Below, one piece after another: positions 34,284 through 44,196 of a stretch of DNA of 64,000 nucleotides. The notes under the pieces are model-generated. The model was not told where the DNA came from and ran no database searches. It was given only the letters and a program-made list of their open reading frames with translations. Both the position numbers and the translations under genes were made by a program. Origin of the DNA: a virus (Duplodnaviria > Heunggongvirae > Uroviricota > Caudoviricetes); the IMG/VR virus record IMGVR_UViG_3300035659_001474, positions 21,110 through 85,109 of that record; one strand, written 5' to 3'. The first letter of the stretch is position 1. Each line of letters starts with the position of its first letter.

Positions 34284-35078
34284 TTACCTAATGTATTTAT
34301 ATTTGAATAGTAATCTATCAATGGACTCTAGTACTTTGTCTTGTAAGAACCCAACCATGATTATGACAATCAATAAAGCAAACACTAGGTCAGATTTTCC
34401 TTGACGTCCAGCTAAAAACACTAGTGGTCCAATACCTCGTGTAGCATTGACCATCTCGGCTACTATTATGTATGTCCAACTTATAGCAACAAGCACTTTG
34501 ATGTCGTCAGATATCTTAGACATTGCAGCAGGTATAAACACATATCGTATTCTCTGCCATAACGATGCACCAAGTGTAACAGCTGTCTGATCATATATGT
34601 TATCAACTTCATTAATACGTTGTATGACTGTCGGTATTAAATATACAATAATTCCAACTGCTAAAAACTGAATCTTCATATTGTTGTCAATACCAAACCA
34701 AGCCATGAATAGGCCAATAACAGCTGTAAGCGGTAAGAACCTTATTGCGTTGACATATTTACTAAACAAACTGTTGACTACTGGAAACAATCCCATTAAA
34801 AATCCAGCAATGAGTGACACAATGACAGCTTCTGCATAACCCGCAACATTCAAGTACATCGAGAAAAACAAATTCCTGACTAATTCATAATGAAAATGTA
34901 ATTGCCCAAATGCAGTAAACACCTTGAATGGTGAGGGTAATATTTGTGGTACTACCCATTTGCAAGCAGTGATGACTATCCATATTGTCATTAGCGAACA
35001 GAATCCAATCAGTCCTATGACAATATTTATCGTCTTACTTAGTTGACCGCGTAGCTCAAATAGATCAGATATTTTCAT
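34284..35078 (-). CDS. ABC transporter permease (SsuC/TauC-like)
   Basis: A multi-TM protein with an EAA-like loop (TLGASLWQRIRYVFIPAA). Confidence 0.65.
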   Translation of the reverse strand: MKISDLFELRGQLSKTINIVIGLIGFCSLMTIWIVITACKWVVPQILPSPFKVFTAFGQLHFHYELVRNLFFSMYLNVAGYAEAVIVSLIAGFLMGLFPVVNSLFSKYVNAIRFLPLTAVIGLFMAWFGIDNNMKIQFLAVGIIVYLIPTVIQRINEVDNIYDQTAVTLGASLWQRIRYVFIPAAMSKISDDIKVLVAISWTYIIVAEMVNATRGIGPLVFLAGRQGKSDLVFALLIVIIMVGFLQDKVLESIDRLLFKYKYIR

Positions 35079-35088
35079 GATAGTACCG

Positions 35089-36666
35089 TTAGTTAGCTTG
35101 AATCATTTCAAACGCTGTGTTACGATTTTGTGCTCGTCCAGCTTCAGTGTCATTTAAAGTAATAGGCTTATCAGAACCATTACCAACAACAATGAATCTG
35201 TTCTTGTCGAATGTGTATGTTGTCACCAAATAATCTACAACAGCTTGAGCACGTTTCTTAGAAAGTGACCGATTAAAATCATCAGATCCAATATTGTCAG
35301 TATTTCCTTCAACTCTTACTCTGAATCCTGCTAAACCCCTTGCGTCATCAGAAAAGTCTCGACTAATAATGTATTTAGCTTCGTCAGATAATGTATAACT
35401 TCCTGATGCAAAATTGATGATGATTCTTTTGGTCGCAACAGCTGGCATTGTCTTCATCTCTGTAGTCGGCTTAGTAAATGTTTCTGATTCTTCAGCAGCA
35501 TGTTCAGGCCCTGTAAATTTACTGCTAAGTGATTGTAGAATACTGATGTCAGAAATATCACGCCAAGGTTGTACATTATCCGGTGCATAGCCAATCTTAT
35601 TGAAAGCTGCAGCCATTTTGGTATAAAGATCTTCACCTTTGACACATTTACAATTAACAGGTAAGATGTTGAAAAAGTTTACATTGTCACCATAAGTACA
35701 AAATCTTGCATTATCAAAATTCATCAATGCTTCAGATACATTAAAGCATTTTGACATTAATGCTGTTGCATTTTTTCTAACTTCAATTGATGAATTTATT
35801 TCTTGTGCACCTTTCAACCAACCTTCTGTAAAAGCCTGAATGTCTTTATATCGTGACTTGAGAAATGCATCTTTGGTATAGAAAATATCTGCAATAACAT
35901 ATTTAGCTTCTTTTGTGCTAATCAAAACTTTTGAACCAGGTATGGCAGAAATACAATCTTCATCATCTGGACTCCATACAAGAGCAGCATCAACTTTGCC
36001 ATTCTTATAGGCAGATGCTGCATCAATTGCCGTATTCATTGATACCACACCGTCTTTAATGTCTGACCATGCGACTTGACCACTTTCAATAGCTCTAATC
36101 AAAAGTGTCTGTGATGGTGAGCTTATTGCAACAGCTATCTTCTTGCCTTTCAAGTCAGCAATGGAATTGATGCCTGGTCGCACAACCATTTTATCTCCGC
36201 CGCGAGACCAGTCTATTTGCATGAACACTTTGGGCTTAAATTGTGAAAAGTTCGGAAGTTCAGTAGAAAGTACATCAGCTGTATTACAAATAATATCGAC
36301 GCGATCTGTTGACCAAGCTATTCTTGAATTACCAAAATCGTCCATCTTAACGAATTGTACTAGCAAACCAAATTCTTTGTAATACCTTGAAGTCTGTGAT
36401 GGTTCAAATCCACCATTCATATATACACCAGGTGCAAATCCTGGCCAAGTGTTAATTGCAACAAGCAATGGTTTTTGTCCACCAACCATAATCGGTTTTG
36501 GCATATCAGCAGTTTGTACATTGTTAGATGGTGCAACTGCTTGAGTGATTTTGCCAAGTGCACCACTTTTCTTTAGTGAATTGATTCCAAAAAATGTACC
36601 AACTAGTACTCCTGCAATAAGAATCACCCAAACGCCCGGCTGAATCACAAACTTCCTACTACTCAT
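35089..36666 (-). CDS. membrane-anchored NMT1/SsuA-like substrate-binding protein fused to a C-terminal OmpA-like domain
   Basis: An N-terminal TM segment; KKIAVAISSPSQTLLIRAIESG and GKVDAALVWSP as SBP motifs; and an OmpA C-like segment RVEGNTDNIGSDDFNRSLSKKRAQAVVDYL. Confidence 0.6.
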   Translation of the reverse strand: MSSRKFVIQPGVWVILIAGVLVGTFFGINSLKKSGALGKITQAVAPSNNVQTADMPKPIMVGGQKPLLVAINTWPGFAPGVYMNGGFEPSQTSRYYKEFGLLVQFVKMDDFGNSRIAWSTDRVDIICNTADVLSTELPNFSQFKPKVFMQIDWSRGGDKMVVRPGINSIADLKGKKIAVAISSPSQTLLIRAIESGQVAWSDIKDGVVSMNTAIDAASAYKNGKVDAALVWSPDDEDCISAIPGSKVLISTKEAKYVIADIFYTKDAFLKSRYKDIQAFTEGWLKGAQEINSSIEVRKNATALMSKCFNVSEALMNFDNARFCTYGDNVNFFNILPVNCKCVKGEDLYTKMAAAFNKIGYAPDNVQPWRDISDISILQSLSSKFTGPEHAAEESETFTKPTTEMKTMPAVATKRIIINFASGSYTLSDEAKYIISRDFSDDARGLAGFRVRVEGNTDNIGSDDFNRSLSKKRAQAVVDYLVTTYTFDKNRFIVVGNGSDKPITLNDTEAGRAQNRNTAFEMIQAN

Positions 36667-36693
36667 GGCACCCTCCTCTTTGAAGTTGAATTG

Positions 36694-37713
36694 TTATTTA
36701 GCAAATAGGTCACTAAATTTATTTGGTCGGTCGGCTTCTTCAGAAACTATTTGACCAATGTCATTTGTTTTAATTGTCGGTACAGACGGTTGATCAGATC
36801 CAAGCAACCATGAATCAGCCTTCTTCTCAAATTCTTCGAGCATCTGCATGCCTTTTTCTTGTAGCACACCGTTGCGCACATCAATATTGTCCATAATTGT
36901 CTCTGCTGATTCAAGCATAAATTCAATTTCACCAACTTTCATGCCCAAATCATTATTGATATACTCTGCAGTCTCTTCAAACAATGCTCTTTCATCTTTA
37001 TTACCCTTAAGAGCATTCTCTGCTGACTTCATTGCACTATAAGCAGCCCTAATAGATATCCATTTGTCTTCCAACAACTTGACCTCTTGCTGTTTATCGG
37101 TCAACAATATTGAAGCATTCTCATACAGTTTATCTAGTACTTTATAATAGATTTGTAGTCGTGAAGCAATTGCTGTCAATTCAACTGCAGCACCTTGCAA
37201 TCGACCAGCTTGATTTGCACTTAAAATTGATTCTCGTTTTATGTTCAATTCTTTTGCTTTTTGTGCGGCAATCAAATTATCTTTAGCTTCTTCTTTGTAA
37301 GTTGAAATCTTCCGTAGTAAATTACTAAGAATTTGTTTTAATTTACTTCGTTCTCCTTCAAATACTTCCAACCGATGCTGACCTCTTTTAATCAATATCT
37401 TCATGACAGCAATTGGATCTGTTTTAATGATGAACGTGTTAATGATCTTTGTCAAAAACAGCTTATATGCTATTGACATTTTGAGTCGCAGATCACTTTG
37501 CGTAAACGGAAATATCAGAATACCGGCAACAATCAACATTGCTGCAAGTGTAATCGTATTGCCCGCCAATATCAAAAGCCAAGGCAAAATCTTGGCCCAA
37601 AAGATCAAACCACCGCCGGCCAAAAACAAAGCAGAAATGACAATGCCAACTTTGCCTTCTGGCTTCTCCCAAAAAGACTTCAAAGCTTTTTTTCCTTCAG
37701 GCATCAAATCCAT
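36694..37713 (-). CDS. membrane-anchored coiled-coil protein (two N-terminal TM helices)
   Basis: ORF track; hydrophobic N-terminus and a long heptad-rich C-terminus. Confidence 0.45.
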   Translation of the reverse strand: MDLMPEGKKALKSFWEKPEGKVGIVISALFLAGGGLIFWAKILPWLLILAGNTITLAAMLIVAGILIFPFTQSDLRLKMSIAYKLFLTKIINTFIIKTDPIAVMKILIKRGQHRLEVFEGERSKLKQILSNLLRKISTYKEEAKDNLIAAQKAKELNIKRESILSANQAGRLQGAAVELTAIASRLQIYYKVLDKLYENASILLTDKQQEVKLLEDKWISIRAAYSAMKSAENALKGNKDERALFEETAEYINNDLGMKVGEIEFMLESAETIMDNIDVRNGVLQEKGMQMLEEFEKKADSWLLGSDQPSVPTIKTNDIGQIVSEEADRPNKFSDLFAK

Positions 37714-38364
37714 TTACTTTCCTCCTGTTAAATACTGTTTGATCTTATCGACATCATTGTTTATTCTGTCAACAAACACTTTCAACGTGGCATAGAAATT
37801 GTTCTTGACTTTGTCAACGTCAGCTGTACTAGTCGCAATCTCATTTTGCATTGCGACTTTCTGTGACTGCAAAGTATTCATCTTATCAGTGATCGACTTG
37901 ATTTGTTCAGCCATTGTCTGAATCTGTTTATCAATGTCTTGTATCTGACTTTGTTTGCCGCCAATTTCAGATGAAACGTGCGTATTCAAAGCATCAACGA
38001 ATTCAGTTTCTTTTTGCTTCAAAACTTTCAAATATGACTGCGCTGAGCTTAATATGGACGGTATTGTTGCATCCATTGACGATGCCATTGCACCAACTGA
38101 TTGAAATCGTAGTGCTTCTGTAGGAATTACTGAAGCTTGAGCATCAAGAGCCCTAGCAAATTCAAAGTAATCAAACCCTGGCAAGTTAGCAGCAGCAAGC
38201 GCAGCAGTCAACTGTTCTTTTATTGCTGCATCTTCTTGACCAATAATAGATGATGTTTGCACAACTGGTTGAGGAACTTGTTGAGTTACGATTTGTTTAA
38301 CTTCTATAGGTTCATCTACAACTTTGAAAAACAAACCACCAATAGATGAAAGAGTCTTTTTCAT
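37714..38364 (-). CDS. coiled-coil hypothetical protein
   Basis: ORF track; Q/E/K-rich heptads. Confidence 0.4.
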   Translation of the reverse strand: MKKTLSSIGGLFFKVVDEPIEVKQIVTQQVPQPVVQTSSIIGQEDAAIKEQLTAALAAANLPGFDYFEFARALDAQASVIPTEALRFQSVGAMASSMDATIPSILSSAQSYLKVLKQKETEFVDALNTHVSSEIGGKQSQIQDIDKQIQTMAEQIKSITDKMNTLQSQKVAMQNEIATSTADVDKVKNNFYATLKVFVDRINNDVDKIKQYLTGGK

Positions 38365-38600
38365 ATTTTCTCCTTGTTTTCTTCTTTCAAAGATTTCATC
38401 ATCTCATTCAAAACAATAATACCAACTTTTCGATCAGGCCATGTCTTAGCATCACTAATCTCAAGTACTAACTCTTGCTGCGTGACTAAACCTTTTTTGA
38501 TTAGCACTTGTTGTATTGCATAAATATTAGCAAGAGCTCTATTGATTTTGTCAATAGATGTCTCCATAAATTTCAAAATAATTTCATTGTCAGTTGACAT
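38361..38600 (-). CDS. hypothetical protein
   Basis: ORF track. Confidence 0.35.
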   Translation of the reverse strand: MSTDNEIILKFMETSIDKINRALANIYAIQQVLIKKGLVTQQELVLEISDAKTWPDRKVGIIVLNEMMKSLKEENKEKI

Positions 38601-38642
38601 TTGTACCTAGATTACTGTAATGAATTATAATCAATTCAGTTG

Positions 38643-39104
38643 TCATTGATTGATAACGTTATTTGTCAACATCAAATACATTGTCTTAGTAAAATACTTA
38701 CCATAACAATCTGAATCATCAATATGTATGTTCAATTTTGCTTTCATGGCATATTTACCTTTTGCTCGATTCCAAAGATCTTTGTCAATCCACGGTCCAT
38801 TCTCATCATATTGAATTTTCGTTCCAATCGACTCATGATACCCAATAATTGAAAACATTGTAGTCCACTCAATACCAAAATCAAGCAACTTTTTAACAAG
38901 TTTATCTGTAATCTTTGCGCCTGTAACAATGTGTATTTCATGACCAGTACGAATCAGTTTTTTAGTCAATCTTGAAAACACTTTTGGATAAGTAGTAATC
39001 ACACCATGCACATCAAGACCAATCTTATATTTACGCTTATCACGTATCATATACTCTAACATTAATGTAACATCATTGATTGACACTTTACATGTTGCGT
39101 TCAT
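38643..39104 (-). CDS. hypothetical protein (weakly HAD-like)
   Basis: IGLDVHGVIT resembles a degenerate HAD motif I. Confidence 0.3.
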   Translation of the reverse strand: MNATCKVSINDVTLMLEYMIRDKRKYKIGLDVHGVITTYPKVFSRLTKKLIRTGHEIHIVTGAKITDKLVKKLLDFGIEWTTMFSIIGYHESIGTKIQYDENGPWIDKDLWNRAKGKYAMKAKLNIHIDDSDCYGKYFTKTMYLMLTNNVINQ

Positions 39105-39279
39105 ACTTCTCCTCTAATGATGCTATTCTCATTTTTAATTCTTGTATCTCTGTAATGGTATCCTGAAGCAATTGAAGTAAGAAATGTTCATTAGCACTCA
39201 GATGATGTTCATCTGACTTCATAAATTGAATCTCATTGATATTATACAATGTTCGATGTTCATTCTTGGGCATAATCAT
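39088..39279 (-). CDS. hypothetical protein
   Basis: ORF track. Confidence 0.3.
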   Translation of the reverse strand: MIMPKNEHRTLYNINEIQFMKSDEHHLSANEHFLLQLLQDTITEIQELKMRIASLEEKYERNM

Positions 39280-39288
39280 CTCCAGTAA

Positions 39289-40110
39289 TTATAATATCAT
39301 AAACTCAAAATTGAATCCCTTTTGTAAACAAGCAGTTCTTTTAATTTCATTTCTTTCTTGATGCAGTCTATATGACCATTTACTCTTAACTTCAATTATC
39401 TTATTTTGCGATTTAATAAAAATATCTGGAAAATATCTATGAATTTTAGACCGATATGTGTATAAGATTTTCCCAATGAATTTTCCTATATCATGAACAC
39501 CAATAACTAAATCTGATTCTTCAAACGTTTGTAAAAGTTGTGCAATTGCTCTATCTTCATATCCTTGTACTTTTACAATTTTTCCCGATGGAAGACTATA
39601 ATCTCTACTTTTAGAAATAAACATTCTACTAGCATTGCTTTCATTTTTCCAAAATTTAAGTTTGTCATTAGAAAGCTTAGCTATAACAACAGGATCTTTA
39701 TATGCATCTCTTAAAGCTTTAATTCTTTTCTTTCGACTTTTTTCATTGTTCCAGACTTTTCTCATTTGATCTGAACTAACCTTACGAACTTCTTTACTTT
39801 TGTCTTTATCATTATAAAATGCTGCTAAACTCTCTTTTATTTTACGTTTAACTTCAGGTTTATTCTGAATAATTTTACAAATAGCTCTATGTTTTTCTTT
39901 TATTTCTGGCTTATTTAACGCAGCCTTAATTGCTTTACGTTGTCGTCGTTTAACACTAGGCTTATTCATTGCTAATCTAGTTGCAGCACTGCGTTCTTCA
40001 TGATATTTGTCAGTCAACATATATATTGACTTACATTGTTTAGAACAATATTTTTTTACTTTGTTTGCTGTAATAAATTCTTTATTGCAGCCTTTACAAA
40101 TTCTAATCAT
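39289..40110 (-). CDS. NUMOD-repeat DNA-binding protein, putative free-standing homing endonuclease
   Basis: An N-terminal Zn finger (CKGCNKEF..CSKQC), repeated NKPEIKEKHRAI / NKPEVKRKIKESL NUMOD-like units, and an unassigned C-terminal domain. Confidence 0.35.
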   Translation of the reverse strand: MIRICKGCNKEFITANKVKKYCSKQCKSIYMLTDKYHEERSAATRLAMNKPSVKRRQRKAIKAALNKPEIKEKHRAICKIIQNKPEVKRKIKESLAAFYNDKDKSKEVRKVSSDQMRKVWNNEKSRKKRIKALRDAYKDPVVIAKLSNDKLKFWKNESNASRMFISKSRDYSLPSGKIVKVQGYEDRAIAQLLQTFEESDLVIGVHDIGKFIGKILYTYRSKIHRYFPDIFIKSQNKIIEVKSKWSYRLHQERNEIKRTACLQKGFNFEFMIL

Positions 40111-40856
40111 AAATCATACTTTCCATAATAGCAATATACACATTTATGAAAACAACGACTCCTGCTGCTCAACAATTCTTTTTTATTGCCAAGACATGCG
40201 CAACACAGTCTTTGTTTTGAGAATTTATCGATAAGCTGTACACCAAGTAATTCACAATCTTTAGCTGAAATACATCCCGTACATTCAAAATCAGGTTCAC
40301 CACATACTTCAGGTCGACCAAGTCTTTCCCATGCCTTTTTTCTTAACTTTAACGGTGCATGAAATGTCGTCCACGGCAATTCAACATCAATATCTTTGAA
40401 TCGTTTTTTAACATGGTCATATTGATCGATGAATGACACTCTCACTCGAGTCTTAAATAGTTTCTGTGCTTGACACAAGACATTATACGCAGTATCAATA
40501 CCAGCATCTGTAGGAACTATCGGATCAATGCGTAATACTATTCTTTCTGGCCCTAACAATTTACACAGTTCTTCAAATCCGAGTAGTGCACAATCAACAT
40601 CAGGCACATTTGGCTCGATTATAGATCTAGCAAAACCGGTAATTGTTGTGTGTACGATGATATTTGGAAATCTAGGGTAGACTTCTTCACATTTGCCATC
40701 TTCAATAATGACTTTGATATGATCGAAGAGTTTTAGAGGATCTTTAGTAATCAAAATAGCAGGGTTACCGTCAACGACCCACTGTGTCCACTGACAATCA
40801 ATTGCAGGATCACCACGTTCTGTAATACCTATTTGATCACTCACTAACGAGCTCAA
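40107..40856 (-). CDS. hypothetical protein with a C-terminal Cys cluster
   Basis: ORF track; CTGC...CCAC...CFHKCVYC. Confidence 0.4.
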   Translation of the reverse strand: MSSLVSDQIGITERGDPAIDCQWTQWVVDGNPAILITKDPLKLFDHIKVIIEDGKCEEVYPRFPNIIVHTTITGFARSIIEPNVPDVDCALLGFEELCKLLGPERIVLRIDPIVPTDAGIDTAYNVLCQAQKLFKTRVRVSFIDQYDHVKKRFKDIDVELPWTTFHAPLKLRKKAWERLGRPEVCGEPDFECTGCISAKDCELLGVQLIDKFSKQRLCCACLGNKKELLSSRSRCFHKCVYCYYGKYDL

Positions 40857-40994
40857 CTATGCTTTTTGTAAAACTTATCTCTCATTTTAATCATTTGTTT
40901 ACGTATAATAGCGCCCTGCAGTCGCTCACTAGTATTGTCATACACATCACCATCCATGTGATCTATGGCTTCATTCCATACAACTAGTCTATCA

Positions 40995-41927
40995 TCAATT
41001 TGCCATTGCATCAACTTTTTCATTGTCAACGTTCTTGTAATGCCAATGTGCTTTGAACTTACTAATGTCAGTAACAGTCTTTAGAAACTTCAAATAATCT
41101 TTTGCTTCATCCAATTCAACTCTTGTCGTTCCCTGATATGATATGTAACGAATGCTGACTCCATTTTTAGAAACTGAAGCACCACTCCAGAACAATACAG
41201 CATGACCATCATGTTCTTGCTTAATTAGTCGCTCTATTCTTTTCAATTGTATTGTCATTGCATCTGCGACTTCTAATGCAGTCATGTCATCTATAGGCTT
41301 CGACACTCTTTCTTTCAACTCGTACTTTTCTATCACAGGCAACTGATCTGGAGCAGGTAAAGCTTTTTGATCTGATTGTTGCAACATTGGCGAAATATCA
41401 ACATTATTGACGCCGTGTTCACTTAAAAATATTGCCAATTGACTTTTTGCACATTCTTGCATTGACTTTATTTCTTCAGATGCCTGTTGCACAGTAAAAA
41501 CTGCATTTGACTCAAAATTGTCTTCAATCACTCGAGCACTATGAAGTAATTGTTCAAGAGTTTTCTTTCCAGCTTTTCCTTCATTGAGAGCTTCGTAAAG
41601 ATCTTTTCTTAAATCCTTTATCCTGTTACTAAGTGATTCATGAACTTCACCCATTCTATCAATCATTCGATCACGAACAGATTCAGGCTTTTTCACTTCC
41701 TCAACAATTAAATTACCTTCACAGTCACGATACCGTTCAAGAGTCACAGTTGTATTACATGCATCAGTAAGTATTTGAACAAATTGGTCGTAAGACATTG
41801 ACATACGACACAAAATTTTGCCTTGAGGATCATCAATTTCCAAAGACAAATAATAATGTTGCGCTTGCAAACAATCATTCAAATAAGTACCATTTGAGGA
41901 CACACGAGATAATCGAGCTTTAGACAT
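40995..41927 (-). CDS. hypothetical protein
   Basis: ORF track. Confidence 0.4.
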   Translation of the reverse strand: MSKARLSRVSSNGTYLNDCLQAQHYYLSLEIDDPQGKILCRMSMSYDQFVQILTDACNTTVTLERYRDCEGNLIVEEVKKPESVRDRMIDRMGEVHESLSNRIKDLRKDLYEALNEGKAGKKTLEQLLHSARVIEDNFESNAVFTVQQASEEIKSMQECAKSQLAIFLSEHGVNNVDISPMLQQSDQKALPAPDQLPVIEKYELKERVSKPIDDMTALEVADAMTIQLKRIERLIKQEHDGHAVLFWSGASVSKNGVSIRYISYQGTTRVELDEAKDYLKFLKTVTDISKFKAHWHYKNVDNEKVDAMAN

Positions 41928-41929
41928 AA

Positions 41930-42265
41930 TTATTTTCTCAGTGATCGGACAGTTACTGATTTTATTTTGACCATCGGGTCATTAAGTCTGAGAACACCTT
42001 TCCACGACAATAGTGCATCTCGAGTATAGTCAATAACTTCTTGCATCGTAGCATCAGGTACTGTGATACTTACTTCAAGTCTTTTCTTATTTGATTTGCT
42101 TTTGTCAGGTAGTAATGTTAGATGAGACCAGTTAAAAGTTACTCCCGCTGGTAAACCATGCTCTTTAGCAATCTTACGTATTTTCTGATTTGCATACTTT
42201 CTAATCTCACTATGTACGTTCATTTGCGTCATCCTGTTCAAATAATTCTTGCGGATAACGTTCAT
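41930..42265 (-). CDS. hypothetical protein
   Basis: ORF track. Confidence 0.35.
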   Translation of the reverse strand: MNVIRKNYLNRMTQMNVHSEIRKYANQKIRKIAKEHGLPAGVTFNWSHLTLLPDKSKSNKKRLEVSITVPDATMQEVIDYTRDALLSWKGVLRLNDPMVKIKSVTVRSLRK

Positions 42266-42278
42266 TGTGTTTTTTACA

Positions 42279-43262
42279 TCAATCGTAAACTAAATTTTGT
42301 TGCGATTGTGTGGCTTTTTTTCCATCGCCAACGAAATATGAATTCTTACCAAGGCCACCAATCTTAAGCCAACCAAGATTTTCCAGCATGCTTTCAGATT
42401 TATTAGCTATGTAACCAGTATCATCTTCATAATCGTGATTACCTAACGTTGCCCTTATGATTCTTTCAGCCATGTAAATATGACAAGCATACTCACATCC
42501 GTAAAACTGTCCATCAGGACTGACCCAACCAAATTTTGATTTTAATTCAGAATCAACAATCGGTCGTTCTAACTCTATCTGCTTTTCTTTTGCTTGCTTA
42601 TCTACTTTACGCTCTGAAACTATAACATCTTCTTCATCATATTTCTTTCGAAAAACTATCGGTAGGTCTTCACTGCTATAACGAACAAAATAGCCATCTT
42701 CTTGCAGTCGCCCGCAAGCATTCACTGCATGTTGTGGTATCTTCTCAACATCCATCCAGACCGGCGGTGCTACTGACTGTTCAAACAGTACACAATGCAT
42801 CTCATGATCAGGACATTTAAGAAAGAATATCTTATCTTTAGACTTGTTTTTGCAATAAAATCTTGCCCTAGTATTATGAATTTCTTGCCCTTGTTCAGCC
42901 TGAAAATTCTTTTGACTATCATTGTAATATGAAAAATCTTGATACCCATAAGAAGTCACATAAGAATATGGTATGTACCATTGATGACCAATACGTACAT
43001 AATATCCGTACATCTTATCAAGTTTTTGCATATATTTGACATCTGATTTTTTAGCTAAACTCACACCAACTTTTGAATCACCAGTAAATTCAACGGTGCC
43101 TGACAATACTGACATGATAGTATTGTAGTCTATTCCAATCAGAGACTTGTTCAAGAATCTGACAGCACTTTCCCATTCACCTTCCAAAACTAAATCTCTG
43201 GAATGACGAGTTACAAACTCACCAGTAATTGTAAAACAGACATGCTCTATTGTTGAATTCAT
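42279..43262 (-). CDS. hypothetical protein
   Basis: ORF track. Confidence 0.4.
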   Translation of the reverse strand: MNSTIEHVCFTITGEFVTRHSRDLVLEGEWESAVRFLNKSLIGIDYNTIMSVLSGTVEFTGDSKVGVSLAKKSDVKYMQKLDKMYGYYVRIGHQWYIPYSYVTSYGYQDFSYYNDSQKNFQAEQGQEIHNTRARFYCKNKSKDKIFFLKCPDHEMHCVLFEQSVAPPVWMDVEKIPQHAVNACGRLQEDGYFVRYSSEDLPIVFRKKYDEEDVIVSERKVDKQAKEKQIELERPIVDSELKSKFGWVSPDGQFYGCEYACHIYMAERIIRATLGNHDYEDDTGYIANKSESMLENLGWLKIGGLGKNSYFVGDGKKATQSQQNLVYD

Positions 43263-43576
43263 TTAGCTATTTCTGTTACAGAAATTACTTGCCAACTATA
43301 TGGCACATCTCCAAACTTAGGATGTTTCACATGACAATTCGTAGCAAGAAGTCGCGAATTAACAAACCGCCAATCTTGATCTGAAACTGCTTTTGTAATT
43401 TCAATACAATTTTGCCAATCACCTGTATATTCTGGATATTTAGAATCTGCTACATGTCTATTATACAGCTCTTGCAGCATTTGTTCTTTTGTGGGTGATG
43501 CGTCAAAATACACTGGTTGTTCGAAAATACCAGTGCCTTCATAATTAGTAATCGGAATTGTCACTTTCACTATCAT
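43259..43576 (-). CDS. hypothetical protein
   Basis: ORF track. Confidence 0.35.
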   Translation of the reverse strand: MIVKVTIPITNYEGTGIFEQPVYFDASPTKEQMLQELYNRHVADSKYPEYTGDWQNCIEITKAVSDQDWRFVNSRLLATNCHVKHPKFGDVPYSWQVISVTEIAK

Positions 43577-43592
43577 ATTCAGCTCCTCTCAA

Positions 43593-43943
43593 TCACATTC
43601 TTTGAAACGACACATCACTTGCTTTCAAAACTTCTTTAGCCATCAGCTGTACCTGTTGTATTGTCAGTACGTCATTTGCAATAAATTCAATGAAACTAAC
43701 ATATAAGTCATATTCTCTACTACTTGCTGCTTCAGGATCACCTGAACGATTTTTAATATCCTCAACAGCTTCACGAATGCCCTCTATCGACCAAGGATCT
43801 TTAACATTGATATTGCAATTCTTTCGAATACGTGCAATTGTCGCAACAACTACTTCATCATTGCAAACTTTCTCAAGCAAATCCAAATCACACTTCAACT
43901 GCTCATTTGCTGCTTTTTCGCGTGCCTTAAAACGCATGATCAC
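43593..43943 (-). CDS. hypothetical protein
   Basis: ORF track. Confidence 0.35.
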   Translation of the reverse strand: MIMRFKAREKAANEQLKCDLDLLEKVCNDEVVVATIARIRKNCNINVKDPWSIEGIREAVEDIKNRSGDPEAASSREYDLYVSFIEFIANDVLTIQQVQLMAKEVLKASDVSFQRM

Positions 43944-43950
43944 TCCATCA

Positions 43951-44196
43951 TTATTTTTCTCTCAGTTTACATGTCTCGCAAGAGACTTTAGCTTTTGCTA
44001 AAAATCCCTTGGAATATGCCATGGTAAGAAGTCCACTGATTACAGGGCAGATTTTTTTCAAATTATCATGTCTTTGGAGCCTATTGCTAGAGTCTTCCCC
44101 GGTGAACAGGTAGTTTATTGCAAGAGATATTGCAGGACAAGAATATGCTGGACATTTTTTCTTAGTCATTCTTTGAACTACTCCATCATTTTCCAA
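43951..44196 (-). CDS. hypothetical protein
   Basis: ORF track. Confidence 0.3.
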   Translation of the reverse strand: MENDGVVQRMTKKKCPAYSCPAISLAINYLFTGEDSSNRLQRHDNLKKICPVISGLLTMAYSKGFLAKAKVSCETCKLREK

